Source: Candidatus Berkelbacteria bacterium (GTDB taxonomy: Bacteria > Patescibacteriota > UBA1384 > DTJR01). From it: 53,259 nt of DNA. The notes under the pieces are model-generated. The model was not told the origin of the DNA and did no database searches. It was given only the letters and a program-made list of their open reading frames with translations. Positions 1 through 9,472 of this stretch are shown piece after piece. Within the stretch, counting starts at the first letter, position 1. Every line of letters starts with the position of its first letter. The stretch covers positions 1-53,259 of the forward strand of contig JAPLVK010000021.1 in NCBI GenBank assembly GCA_026397175.1. Reading direction: 5' to 3'. A program made the translations under genes and the position numbers.

Positions 1-417
1 TTGTAAAATGACTGTTTGGGTTGCATCGGGAAGATATTTAAAAACGGTGGCGGAAATCAAAACTCCTGTAATCGAAGAATAAAGCAAAATTTCAAGCGGT
101 GCCATAATTGACATATCGCGGCCTATTCCGATGTCGGCTTTTGCAGCCACCAACCCGACAACTACCAAAAATATGCCGATTTTGATGGCGGCAGGGGACG
201 CGCCAGACGAGATCCAAGTGTTAGCGATGGTTGTTTTGCCCTCGAAAAACAATTTTAATTTATCAGCCCAAACCGAAACAATGACGATACCCATATAACA
301 AGAAAGAAGGGCCGCCATAATTTTTTCTCGCTGCATCATAAAACCGTACAAAACGGTAATTGCAAGAAAAATCCCCAAAAACAAATCCCAAGTTGGAACG
401 GTCGGCGTTACATGTAT
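1..417 (-). CDS. Multi-pass membrane protein, partial (runs off the left edge); start uncertain
   Basis: Open minus frame read by hand: ...TPTVPTWDLFLGIFLAITVLYGFMMQREKIMAALLSCYMGIVIVSVW... with several hydrophobic segments. In-frame stop at 430-432. Candidate starts are ATA 417, TTG 384 and ATG 339. Confidence 0.65.
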   Translation of the reverse strand, partial: MHVTPTVPTWDLFLGIFLAITVLYGFMMQREKIMAALLSCYMGIVIVSVWADKLKLFFEGKTTIANTWISSGASPAAIKIGIFLVVVGLVAAKADIGIGRDMSIMAPLEILLYSSITGVLISATVFKYLPDATQTVILQ

Positions 418-530
418 AATAACCCCTTGTTACACCTTAATTTCAGCCCCTCCTTTGTGCAGTCCGCCACTGCGAACTAGGGCTGTTATATTGATTATAA
501 CAAAAAGTTATATAGAAAGTACAATTACTA

Positions 531-1169
531 CTATCTTTCCCACCAACTTCGCTTGTGTTTTTCTGAATCTCGGAGTTTTCCCCAGAGTTCTTTTTGTTCG
601 TTTGAAATATGTCGGGGCATTTTGATGCGGACAGATAAAATTAGATCGCCGCGGCCGTTATTGGTTTTTCGGCCTTTTCCTTTAAATCTAAATTGAGTGC
701 CGTCTTGAACACCTGATGGAATTTCAAAATCAATTTTGTCGCCCGAAATTTCAACTTGTAATTTATCGCCCAAAACCGCTTGAGCAGGGGATATTTCGAT
801 TTCGGCCTGAACAGTCGAAAATGCAGAAGAGAAGAAATCGCCGAAAATATCTCCGAGTCCACCGCCGCCAAAGTTAAATTCAAACCCTTCGTTGTTAGAC
901 CCACCCGATTGAAAATCGGAAAAGTCAAAACCGCCGAAGCCATTGCTTTGAGAACCGGAAAATTGTGGTCCGGCAGACCCAAACTGATCGTACTGTGCGC
1001 GTTTTTGCGGGTCGGATAAGGTCTGATATGCCTCGTTTATCTTCTTAAATTCTGCTTGATCTCCGCCACGATCGGGGTGATGCTCGAGGGCCGACTTTCT
1101 GTAGGCACGCTTAATTTCATCCGCCGAAGCTGATTTATCTACACCTAAAATTTGGTAAAAATCTTTCAT
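531..1169 (-). CDS. DnaJ/CbpA-like co-chaperone (J domain plus C-terminal domain, no zinc finger)
   Basis: [10 protein letters not shown]...HHPD...[15 protein letters not shown] domain, G/F-rich linker, DnaJ C-terminal segment. Start moved to ATG 1169 because the upstream extension is a repeat array. Confidence 0.9.
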   Translation of the reverse strand: MKDFYQILGVDKSASADEIKRAYRKSALEHHPDRGGDQAEFKKINEAYQTLSDPQKRAQYDQFGSAGPQFSGSQSNGFGGFDFSDFQSGGSNNEGFEFNFGGGGLGDIFGDFFSSAFSTVQAEIEISPAQAVLGDKLQVEISGDKIDFEIPSGVQDGTQFRFKGKGRKTNNGRGDLILSVRIKMPRHISNEQKELWGKLRDSEKHKRSWWER

Positions 1170-1329
1170 AAAAATAATTAAGCAATTAGGCAATTAATCA
1201 ATTGGACAATAAGGAGCAGAATCCGAATTAATTGCTAAATTGTCAAATTGAATAATTGATTAATTACGGATTTGATTTTATCAAATCCGAAAAAGAATGT
1301 AAACCTCACTTTACATCTTAATAAATATT

Positions 1330-2064
1330 TTATTGAGTAACTGTGGTTGCAGAAGTGCTCGCAGTTGTGCTTGCGGAAGTGGACTCGGTTTGTTCGCTTA
1401 GCATATTCTGGCCTTCAAACCCGGCCATTGTTACGAGCCATTTTGTATCCCAAGTGGCAATTGTAGTTCGCCCGACTTGGGTTGCAGTTAAACTATTGGT
1501 TTTGCCGCTATCAAGAAGGGCCTGATAAGATGCCACAAAATCCGATGGTTGAGCGGGCGGAGTTGTCATACATTTAATCTGATCTTTATAATCCCGTCTC
1601 GCCGCGAAAAGTCGCTGTTTTTGATTATTTTTTAGAGCGTCAAAAGAGACCACCCAGTAATAATCCTTCGACAATTCATCTGCGTAAAAGAAAAATGATT
1701 CTTTGGGATAAGTTGTTACAAACGGTCCGACATACTCCGTGATGACGCCACAGTATTTGGCCTTATTTTGCAGCGAGGTATTTGCATCTTGAAGGGCAAC
1801 TTGATAATTTTTTTGAAAATTTACGGAAATTTGGCTGGCATCAGAAATTTTCATTGTCGGGCCAGTTGCCACATTGCCGGTGCCACCCGTTGGGGCTACG
1901 GAGGATGTGCCAGAAGTTGCGCTCTGCGAAATATCTGCCGGTGGTGAGACCTCGGAGACAGCGACATTTCCGGTGGTTGAAGTTGATTTTGGTGTACAGC
2001 CAACCAAAAATAGACCCGTTGAAGTAATTAACGCTAAAATTATAAGTTTGTTAAATTTTCCCAC
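1330..2064 (-). CDS. Putative lipoprotein
   Basis: Basic N-terminus, hydrophobic stretch, LVGC lipobox, S/T-rich linkers. Confidence 0.7.
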   Translation of the reverse strand: MGKFNKLIILALITSTGLFLVGCTPKSTSTTGNVAVSEVSPPADISQSATSGTSSVAPTGGTGNVATGPTMKISDASQISVNFQKNYQVALQDANTSLQNKAKYCGVITEYVGPFVTTYPKESFFFYADELSKDYYWVVSFDALKNNQKQRLFAARRDYKDQIKCMTTPPAQPSDFVASYQALLDSGKTNSLTATQVGRTTIATWDTKWLVTMAGFEGQNMLSEQTESTSASTTASTSATTVTQ

Positions 2065-2147
2065 AATTTCATTTTACCATGTTTCAAAATTGTCCGAAAC
2101 AAAAACCCGAGAAGCGGCTCCCGGGTCTTTGTTTTAATCGAATCAAT

Positions 2148-4067
2148 TTACTCTTTTTTGTCTTTCGACTCCTGCTCCGGCTCTTCTTTCGACTCTTCTT
2201 TCTCTTTGTCATCCTCCGGCTGCTTGTCGGCCTCTGGCCGATCTTCCTTTTTCTCATCTTTACCTGCGGCGCCGTATAATTCTTGCCCGACTTTTTGAAT
2301 GGTTTCAGAAAGCGTGTCAGCCGCAGCTTTTATCTTTTCGGTATCATCATTTTTAAGCGCCTCTTTGACGGCGTCGATTTTTTCGGTTACTTCTTTGCCG
2401 GTTTCTTGTTTGACTTTATCACCGGCATCCTTGAGCGCTTTTTCGCTCGAATAAACAAGTGTTTCGGCCATATTTCGCACTTCTACCGCTTCTTTTTTCT
2501 TTTTATCTTCCTCGGCGTGCGCCTCGGCGTCTTTGGTCATTTTTTCAACTTCCTCTTTGGAAAGCCCGCTTGATGCCGTGATGGTAATTTTTTGCTCTTT
2601 ACCGGTGGCTTTGTCCTTGGCTTTGACATTTAGAATTCCGTTCGCGTCAATGTCAAAAGTAACCTCGATTTGCGGAACGCCGCGTGGTGCCGGTGGAATT
2701 CCATCGAGAATAAATCGGCCGAGCGTTCGGTTGTCTTGGGCCATTTCGCGCTCACCTTGCAAAACATGAATCTCAACTTGTGGCTGATTGTCAGCGGCGG
2801 TCGAAAAAACCTGCGATTTAGACGATGGAATGGTCGTGTTTCGGTCAATTAGCCGAGTCATCACAGAGCCCAGCGTTTCAATTCCTAGTGATAACGGGGT
2901 AACATCAAGCAAAAGCAGATCTTTGACTTCGCCGGTTAGAACTCCGCCTTGAACTGCCGCGCCAAGCGCGACCGCTTCGTCGGGGTCAACGCCCTTTGAT
3001 GGTTCTCGTTCGAAAATCGCTTTTACTTTATCGGCAACTGCCGGCATTCTGGTCATTCCGCCGACTAAAATTACTTCTTTAATGTCTTTGGGTTCAACAC
3101 CGGCATCTTTCATCGCGTCCTTGCACGGCTTGACGGTTTTTTCGATTAAATCATCAACCAGAGAAAGCATTTTGGCGCGAGTCAATGGCATCACGAGATG
3201 TTTCGGTCCGGAGGCGTCGGCGGTAATAAACGGAAGATTTATTTCGGTCTCTTGTTTTGAGGATAATTCGGTTTTGGCTTTTTCTGCCGCTTCCTTAACT
3301 CTTTGCAGGGCCGAAGCATCGCTCGTTACATCAACGCCGCTTTCTTTTCTGAACTCTGTTACGATATAATCCATGATTTTCTGATCGAAGTCGTCTCCGC
3401 CGAGATGCGTGTCGCCGTTCGTGGCTTTGACCTCAAAAACATCGCCACCGACTTCTAAAATCGTGATGTCGAAAGTTCCACCTCCAAGGTCAAAAACGGC
3501 AACTTTTCCTTCGGCCTTTTTATCGAGTCCGTAGGCGAGGGCTGCCGCGGTTGGCTCGTTAACAATTCTTTTGACATCGAATCCGGCAATTTTTCCGGCG
3601 TCTTTGGTGGCCTGGCGTTGGGAGTCGTTAAAGTAGGCCGGCACGGTGATGACCGCTTCGTCCACTTTTTCTCCCAGGTAATCTTCGGCATCTTTCTTAA
3701 TTTTTTGCAAAATGAATGCGGAAATTTCCTGCGGCGTGTATTGCTTGTCGGCGATTTGCACCTCGACAGAATCGTTTTTGCCTTCTTTGATTTTATAAGA
3801 CATCAGTTTTGTGTCGCGCTTTACTTCTTCATCATCAAAGCGGCGGCCGATTAGTCGCTTTACCGAAAAAACGGTGTTTTCCGGATTGGTAACCGCTTGT
3901 CGTTTGGCGAGCTGGCCGACGAGGCGCTCGCCGGATTTGGTAACCGCAACCATGGACGGAACGAGTTTTCCGCCCTCGGCCGAGGGGATGAGTTTGGGTT
4001 TTCCACCCTCAATCACCGCCGCCGCCGAGTTGGTTGTCCCTAAGTCGATACCTATTACCTTACCCAT
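2148..4067 (-). CDS. dnaK: Chaperone DnaK (Hsp70)
   Basis: [25 protein letters not shown] and GIPPAPRG motifs; 639 aa. Confidence 0.99.
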   Translation of the reverse strand: MGKVIGIDLGTTNSAAAVIEGGKPKLIPSAEGGKLVPSMVAVTKSGERLVGQLAKRQAVTNPENTVFSVKRLIGRRFDDEEVKRDTKLMSYKIKEGKNDSVEVQIADKQYTPQEISAFILQKIKKDAEDYLGEKVDEAVITVPAYFNDSQRQATKDAGKIAGFDVKRIVNEPTAAALAYGLDKKAEGKVAVFDLGGGTFDITILEVGGDVFEVKATNGDTHLGGDDFDQKIMDYIVTEFRKESGVDVTSDASALQRVKEAAEKAKTELSSKQETEINLPFITADASGPKHLVMPLTRAKMLSLVDDLIEKTVKPCKDAMKDAGVEPKDIKEVILVGGMTRMPAVADKVKAIFEREPSKGVDPDEAVALGAAVQGGVLTGEVKDLLLLDVTPLSLGIETLGSVMTRLIDRNTTIPSSKSQVFSTAADNQPQVEIHVLQGEREMAQDNRTLGRFILDGIPPAPRGVPQIEVTFDIDANGILNVKAKDKATGKEQKITITASSGLSKEEVEKMTKDAEAHAEEDKKKKEAVEVRNMAETLVYSSEKALKDAGDKVKQETGKEVTEKIDAVKEALKNDDTEKIKAAADTLSETIQKVGQELYGAAGKDEKKEDRPEADKQPEDDKEKEESKEEPEQESKDKKE

Positions 4068-4255
4068 AGAAGCTCCTTTTTAAATTGAATTGCTAATATC
4101 TAAATTATCAAAACAAAAATAAATTGTCAAGTGTACTTTACATTACGAAATTAGACAATCAGGTAAATAATTAGATTACTTCAGTTAATTCGATTAATTC
4201 GGTCAATTTATTTAAGTTTGTTTGGTAAATTTAGTCAATCCGGTTAACCCAAGAA

Positions 4256-4291
4256 TTTGCGCATTCTATCCGATCGGACAGAATGCGCAAA
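4256..4291. repeat. CGATCG-centred palindrome, family A copy 1
   Basis: TTTGCGCATTCTATCCGATCGGACAGAATGCGCAAA, one mismatch between arms. Confidence 0.95.
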
Positions 4292-4312
4292 AAAGAGAAT
4301 CAATCAGATTAG

Positions 4313-4936
4313 TCAGATTAGATTAAACTTTTCTTTTAGTGCCTCATTATTATCGATTTTTTCAGCAACGATGTAGTTAACATACTGTTCGATTTGGTAA
4401 ATTGAGGCGATGAAATTAATTTCATTTTCGCATTCATAAGGACTAGCCCAAACACTTTTTTGAAGCCGCAAAAATCCTATTTCTCGTAACTTATCTCGTA
4501 AAACTCGTCTGGCTAGCCGATACTTTTCTGGAACATCAAAAATTACAATTCGCCATTTTCCGTCCCAATCCTGTTGACAAATAGAGATCGTGTCAATATT
4601 GTATTCGATCAGTCGTTTTCGTCCTTTATTGGTAATTTTGAGATATTCTTTGCCATTTTTTTCGACAATTTCGATTAATCTATCTTTGAAAATTTTGTTA
4701 TTAAATTTATCTAAATCTTTTTCGGAAAAATTTCGACGAGATTTTCTAAATAATGGTTTGAGAGCTTGCCATGCATTGGGCGAGGTCATAGCCACTGCAA
4801 TTAAAGTTCCAACCGCTGCGTATTTGAGTGCAACAACGGCATACTCCTTAAAAATCTCCTTTTGATCTTCATTGAGCCGAATTGTGTAAATCCGCTTTTT
4901 CTTGATAATTTTGGTTCCAGGCATTTTTTTATTCAA
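4313..4936 (-). CDS. PaaX-like protein (wHTH plus Cas2/VapD-like domain), paralogue 1
   Basis: ITNKG wing motif followed by WDGKWRIVIFDVPE...LREIGFLRLQKSVWASPY. Confidence 0.85.
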   Translation of the reverse strand: MNKKMPGTKIIKKKRIYTIRLNEDQKEIFKEYAVVALKYAAVGTLIAVAMTSPNAWQALKPLFRKSRRNFSEKDLDKFNNKIFKDRLIEIVEKNGKEYLKITNKGRKRLIEYNIDTISICQQDWDGKWRIVIFDVPEKYRLARRVLRDKLREIGFLRLQKSVWASPYECENEINFIASIYQIEQYVNYIVAEKIDNNEALKEKFNLI

Positions 4937-4984
4937 TTTTTATTACTGATATTATCGTCAATATTATTTTAATCCTTTATGGCA

Positions 4985-5022
4985 ATTTGCGCAAATTGTC
5001 CGATCGGACAATTTGCGCAAAT
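4985..5022. repeat. CGATCG-centred palindrome, family A copy 2
   Basis: Perfect 38-bp palindrome ATTTGCGCAAATTGTCCGATCGGACAATTTGCGCAAAT. Confidence 0.95.
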
Positions 5023-5248
5023 AGTAGATAAAAAGCTTGGGAACAATCAATAGATTGGAAATAATCAATAGAAATATTTACCCGCCAATGACGATAGTTT
5101 GGGCATCGGGCTTGTTCGGTATGCCCCCACACCAAATAACGCAAAGGCAAGTTCATAAAATTTATAAAATATCTGGTGTGGGGGTAAATGATAGTCGACG
5201 GAGTAAGAGTCGATGGTGGGGTGGGGACTCCAATAGGGAAGCAAGAGA

Positions 5249-5467
5249 TTATCCAGAAATATCGTCTTTTTTGAGTCCCGCTTCTCGTAGAATAGAAAGA
5301 AATGTTCCTTTGGGTAAACTTTTTAGATGAAAGGGTATAACTGCTCTTTTGCCTGTTTTTGGATTTCTAAATATACGATGGCTGCCGGTAGTGTGATCCA
5401 GCTCAAACCCAAATTTCTTTAATACCTTAATAAGTTCCTTGGGTGTGAGGACGGGCAATTTAGGCAT
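5249..5467 (-). CDS. hicA: HicA-family toxin
   Basis: MPKLP...ELIKVLKKFGF...TGSH...VIPFH...LPKGT...IL; overlaps the hicB stop. Confidence 0.9.
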   Translation of the reverse strand: MPKLPVLTPKELIKVLKKFGFELDHTTGSHRIFRNPKTGKRAVIPFHLKSLPKGTFLSILREAGLKKDDISG

Positions 5468-5714
5468 AAGTTTTGCTTTTGGGAGTAGCAATTTCTAGGT
5501 CAACTGATGTAATAAAATTGGTATCATCGGTGGGAATTGGCTCTTTGTGCTTATTTAAACTGGCGACATAGCCATTGATAGCATCATAAGCGTTCTTTTT
5601 GGCTTGCTCTAAATTTTTTCCATAAGTAATACAGCCGGGCAAACTTGGCACCATTACTGTGTAACCACCTTCGGGCTCGGATCTAAAAATGAGGTTATAA
5701 TGTATTCTTTTCAT
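5460..5714 (-). CDS. hicB: HicB-family antitoxin (short form)
   Basis: EGGYTVMVPSLPGCITYGKNLEQA motif. Confidence 0.9.
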   Translation of the reverse strand: MKRIHYNLIFRSEPEGGYTVMVPSLPGCITYGKNLEQAKKNAYDAINGYVASLNKHKEPIPTDDTNFITSVDLEIATPKSKTYA

Positions 5715-5754
5715 GGTCTGATATTATCAAACATACCCTAGTACTGTCAATTAT

Positions 5755-5807
5755 TGCGCCATTTTCGCCCCCGCCAGAGGCGGGCAGGGATCGGCGAAAA
5801 TGGCGCA
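5755..5807. repeat. CGATCG-centred palindrome interrupted by a 19-bp hairpin element
   Basis: Removing 5770-5788 (CCCGCCAGAGGCGGGCAGG) gives the perfect palindrome TGCGCCATTTTCGCCGATCGGCGAAAATGGCGCA. Confidence 0.85.
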
Positions 5808-5818
5808 GAAAATATAAC

Positions 5819-5854
5819 TTTGCGCAAATTGTCCGATCGGACAATTTGCGCAAA
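5819..5854. repeat. CGATCG-centred palindrome, family A copy 3
   Basis: 36 bp identical to the core of copy 2. Confidence 0.95.
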
Positions 5855-5896
5855 TAGTTAGAGAAAATTCAATAAATAAAATAAAAACAGATTACG

Positions 5897-6961
5897 CTAC
5901 TGTATTACTGCTGTCTGAGCAACTGGCTTGTTCGGTTTGACTTCGGTGTGGTAGCCGACGGAGTAGGAATCAACGGTGGGGGTAGAAGCCCCATCGGTAT
6001 TAGAGAGTGTTGTCTCGACTTGCAAATACCGGTATTTCGTTTCGCCAGAGCGGGAAGTAACTAATCCCGAAATATCCAAAGCATTTCCCGATGTTGGGGT
6101 TTGAACTGCTGACCAAGGGTCAGTCCAATCGGTTCCATTTACCGATGACCTGAATCTATATGTTACAGCTGTAGTACCGGGTGTAACTGTTTGAGTCGGC
6201 GTAAATGTCTGCCATTGCCAGAAGTTGGCACCGCCGTCGATTTGAGTGGAGGCGGAGGTGTGGGTGGCGGAAACACCAGAGTAATCCGTTAATTCCCGTA
6301 TTGACATACCACTCATGTACCCCAAAGTATCTATGACGCGTATCTTGCTTATCTGCAAGTGAGGATCAGGAAGATATATATAAGAGTATGTCAAACCCAT
6401 GGTATCCAAATTTCCGTGGAGTGCATTACATTCAAACGGTGTTTCCGTACATGTTATGTGATCAGAAAATAAGTCCACCCAGTTGCCTCCGTCCCAATAT
6501 TGAGCAGAATATTTCCATTCAATGGATATATGAGGTACCCAAATCTCTAAATACAACGCAATCTTTGAAACTTCAGTAGTGGTGCTATAATCGTGTATTA
6601 CATATTTACCCGCATCGCCCGAATTAAGATTAAAAACTGTGCTTAAATCATTATCGTAGACATTAGTAAGGAGCCATAACGGTGGATTGTCTGCTTTATT
6701 TGATGACCATGTGCCGATATTGTTTATCGAATAAAAAGTTTTTGTATTTATTTTTATTGATCCTGGCGTTGAAGATGAATCAATATTTGTGACAGGTCCA
6801 GCCTCCCAATCCGCCTGTGAGGTTATTTCTTTATTCGTGCTAGCCGCTAAAATGTTTTTTGTGTTTTTATGTGTTGAATAGAAAACCGTTCCCAAACCAA
6901 TTATTAGGATCAGGAAAACTATAACAATTAAAACAAATTTTCTTTTGGCAAAAAAACGCAT
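5897..6961 (-). CDS. Membrane-anchored/secreted protein, possible discoidin (F5/8C)-like central domain
   Basis: N-terminal TM helix; NVYDNDLSTVF and QYWDGGNWVDL motifs; beta-rich, S/T-rich. Confidence 0.7.
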   Translation of the reverse strand: MRFFAKRKFVLIVIVFLILIIGLGTVFYSTHKNTKNILAASTNKEITSQADWEAGPVTNIDSSSTPGSIKINTKTFYSINNIGTWSSNKADNPPLWLLTNVYDNDLSTVFNLNSGDAGKYVIHDYSTTTEVSKIALYLEIWVPHISIEWKYSAQYWDGGNWVDLFSDHITCTETPFECNALHGNLDTMGLTYSYIYLPDPHLQISKIRVIDTLGYMSGMSIRELTDYSGVSATHTSASTQIDGGANFWQWQTFTPTQTVTPGTTAVTYRFRSSVNGTDWTDPWSAVQTPTSGNALDISGLVTSRSGETKYRYLQVETTLSNTDGASTPTVDSYSVGYHTEVKPNKPVAQTAVIQ

Positions 6962-7115
6962 TAATTACACACTAATTTGTTTACCAGATTCTATTATACA
7001 GCTTTTTAAGGGCAACGAAAAAGGACTTCCTTCTTGGGTTTGAACCAAGTAATCTCCCGAGGGAGAAAAGCCCACATTAGATGCGAGCAAGGAAGTCCAG
7101 AGATCCCTCGGTTAC

Positions 7116-7592
7116 TCAACCGAAGGTTATATTAATCCATACCGGCGTTCTGCCGATGTTTCTTATCACCGTCCCTTCTACTACATCCATCACGAATGTA
7201 GGATTTGCGCACTCCACCCGCCGCTTGCCCACGAGGACCAGCAACGGATAATTTTCGAACGGCTCCAACTTGATTGTCTTTGCGGAGACATGGAAGACAC
7301 AAACGCCTCCGCTAGCCAACCCGCCGTTTCTGACTGTCTCAGTCAAGTCAAGACGGTCGTGATAGTTGAGGGCAGCGTTGAAGTGGTAGGACTTGCGAGT
7401 GGTGGGATTGAAAACCCCGTGCTCACAGAACCCCTCACTCGTGTACTCCAACACACCACCCTTCCAAATCACCGCGGCGGAGTTTCCCTCTATTCTACGG
7501 GAAAACCCGTCTTCATAGATACCCTGCGGTTTGTTGTTGATCAGGGTCTCGGTGTCGTAGACCTCGATCTTCCTTCCCCTCGTGATCGCCAC
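7116..7592 (-). CDS. Hypothetical protein
   Basis: 158-aa ORF, same strand as and overlapping the end of 7541-8242; higher GC than the backbone. Confidence 0.55.
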   Translation of the reverse strand: MAITRGRKIEVYDTETLINNKPQGIYEDGFSRRIEGNSAAVIWKGGVLEYTSEGFCEHGVFNPTTRKSYHFNAALNYHDRLDLTETVRNGGLASGGVCVFHVSAKTIKLEPFENYPLLVLVGKRRVECANPTFVMDVVEGTVIRNIGRTPVWINITFG

Positions 7593-8242
7593 AAAACGGC
7601 TATTCTTCTCGCCGTTTTGACCTTCCCAAAACCGCTGGGTCGGACCAGAGCTATCCAGTTGAGGGCACGCCCTCTCTTGGACAGCAGCCGAAGAACCCTA
7701 TGCGCATCCCATGCACTGATCACCACCTGCTCGACCTTGATGGCTGGTTTGGGGGTAGAGGGTGAGGGTGGCGGATTGGGGGTTGCTCCGGGAAGTTTCA
7801 GCCATCCGATCTCATAGCTTCCCGTAGACCCTCCATCCATTGCACTCTCGCCACCAACTCGCACCCACCCATCCTCCTTTTCCCACACCCGCTTCATCAT
7901 GGGTTTCCCGAAGGCAGTGAAGCAGACACTTTGTCCGACCGTCACATCATCCACCTTTTTGATGGGAATGACATGAACGACCGTTAGCCCCCTGAAGGTG
8001 TTGCCGTAGCTTCCCCCGTATGACGGATACCACCCAAAGGGGATACCCGCGAACGGTGAACACACTACTATCAATGTGCCCAGGATGATTTTCTTCGCCG
8101 TCCCGGGTTTTATGTCTGGATTGATCTTCACAGTTTCACGCTCCTTCAAAGTGCGTTCGGTGATCCCGCCATACGGCGGGATAAAACGCCCCGGAGGGCG
8201 TGTTGTTCCAACCCGAATCGAAATAATATACCACCTTGACAC
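7541..8242 (-). CDS. Hypothetical protein, possibly S24/S26 peptidase-like; true start probably near 8133
   Basis: TM segment then GGSYGNTF...MMKRV...VRVGGES, loosely like the S26 S..PT / KRV / GDN boxes. A predicted promoter at 8225-8253 overlaps the annotated 5' end. Confidence 0.5.
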   Translation of the reverse strand: MSRWYIISIRVGTTRPPGRFIPPYGGITERTLKERETVKINPDIKPGTAKKIILGTLIVVCSPFAGIPFGWYPSYGGSYGNTFRGLTVVHVIPIKKVDDVTVGQSVCFTAFGKPMMKRVWEKEDGWVRVGGESAMDGGSTGSYEIGWLKLPGATPNPPPSPSTPKPAIKVEQVVISAWDAHRVLRLLSKRGRALNWIALVRPSGFGKVKTARRIAVLWRSRGEGRSRSTTPRP

Positions 8243-8253
8243 CTGTTTGTCAA
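8225..8253 (-). promoter_or_regulatory. Sigma70-type promoter
   Basis: TTGACA-17 nt-TATATT on the minus strand, with a TG extension. Confidence 0.6.
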
Positions 8254-8397
8254 TGCGATAAAATCAGTTTAATCATGAGGGAGAAACGAACGCTTGACTA
8301 GGTGTCATGTCGCAACGCCTCCCACTCGAGAAGAATTATATCAGAAAATCGCAAACATATCTGGTATTTCAAAGTTAATAAGTATAGCAAAAGTACT

Positions 8398-8613
8398 ATG
8401 AGCCCACAAATAGAAAAACAAATTCTGGAAAAGCTTGAGCGGATTGAAGATCTGCTTGTTAAGTTTGTGCCTTATCAATCGGATCTTGGCGAGGAAGAAG
8501 TACTTAAAATTGTAAGCGAAGGTCGTGAAACGCATAAGGCAGATAAGACCCGCGATTTCGACAAATTTATTTTAAAAGAATATCCCCATTTGGTCTTAAA
8601 AAAAGCTAAATGA
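8398..8613 (+). CDS. Putative antitoxin
   Basis: Small ORF (MSPQIEKQ...) with a 4-nt ATGA overlap to the RelE-like toxin. Confidence 0.7.
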   Translation: MSPQIEKQILEKLERIEDLLVKFVPYQSDLGEEEVLKIVSEGRETHKADKTRDFDKFILKEYPHLVLKKAK

Positions 8614-8876
8614 AAATTCGGTCTATTAAGGTAACGCCAAGATTTGAAAAGTCCTTTTCGAAATTGCCAGTAGAAATTCAGAAGGCAACAATTATAAAGA
8701 AAAAGGCATTCGTCAGAGATCCTTTTGCGCCAGATCTTAAGACCCATAAATTATCCGGAAAGCTAAAAGGGCTGTGGTCTTTTTCTGTCTCGTACTCCTA
8801 CAGAATTTTGCTTGAATTTGATAGGGACGACAGAGTTCTCTTTCACGATATTGGCGATCACAGGGTTTATCGCTAG
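8610..8876 (+). CDS. RelE/YafQ-family mRNA interferase toxin
   Basis: TPRFEKSFSKL...LKTHKLSGKLKGLWSFSV..SYRI...DIGDH..Y. Confidence 0.9.
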   Translation: MKIRSIKVTPRFEKSFSKLPVEIQKATIIKKKAFVRDPFAPDLKTHKLSGKLKGLWSFSVSYSYRILLEFDRDDRVLFHDIGDHRVYR

Positions 8877-8883
8877 ATTATTA

Positions 8884-9357
8884 CTACTCTGCTACGACGA
8901 CGCGGGCGGGGCGGATGAGAGAGTCGGCGATTTTGTAGCCGGGGCGGGCGAGGCGGATGATGGAGTGCGATTTGATTGATTTATGTTTTTTGTCGGTCGC
9001 GGCCGTTACGACTTCAACGGCCTCGTGGAATGCTGGATCGAATGAATCGCCGATTTTCGGCTCGATTTTCTCGATACCAAGTTCGCGCAGTGTCTCGTCA
9101 ATTTGCTTGGCGACAATTTCGACTCCCTGAATCCAGGAATTTTCCTTGAGGTCTTGCGGGACATGAAGTAATGTTAAATGTAAATTATCCAAAACCGGCA
9201 ATATTTTTTCAAATGTTTCAGTGCGCGCCGACTCACTCCAGCGCTCCTTATCAGCCGAAACTCTTTTCTGAAAATTATCAAAATCGGCTTGGCAGCGTTG
9301 CCAGCCCAGCTTTAGTTCGTCGTTTTGTTTTTGCAGTTCGTGAAGTTTTTTGTTCAT
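8884..9357 (-). CDS. grpE: Nucleotide exchange factor GrpE
   Basis: QADFDNFQKR, LPVLDNL, FDPAFHEAV, GY...IRPARVVV. Confidence 0.97.
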   Translation of the reverse strand: MNKKLHELQKQNDELKLGWQRCQADFDNFQKRVSADKERWSESARTETFEKILPVLDNLHLTLLHVPQDLKENSWIQGVEIVAKQIDETLRELGIEKIEPKIGDSFDPAFHEAVEVVTAATDKKHKSIKSHSIIRLARPGYKIADSLIRPARVVVAE

Positions 9358-9421
9358 TTGTAAACCGAGACGATTTTACTTTAAAATAATGGGTTTGTCT
9401 AGGCGGGCTTTGCCGGAAAGT

Positions 9422-9456
9422 AGATTTCTCCACTCGAGTACTCGGTCGAAATGACA
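9422..9456 (-). repeat. TGTCAT...AGAAATCT-type intergenic repeat
   Basis: Reverse complement TGTCATTTCGACCGAGTACTCGAGTGGAGAAATCT resembles 27875-27912. Confidence 0.55.
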
Positions 9457-9472
9457 AAAGAATCCAAACCAG

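Noticed and set aside
4080-4135. CIRCE element upstream of dnaK
   Set aside because: Only a partial half-site (TTAGCAAT) is present, with no second arm at the right spacing.
4256-5854. CRISPR array with cas2
   Set aside because: The 36-bp repeats are separated by about 700-800 bp containing genes rather than 30-40-bp spacers. There is no cas1, and the protein is PaaX-like.
7290-7817. Antisense and nested ORFs (e.g. 7290-7817, 12767-13291, 15670-16233)
   Set aside because: They overlap better-supported genes in GC-rich DNA and lack recognisable motifs or an RBS.
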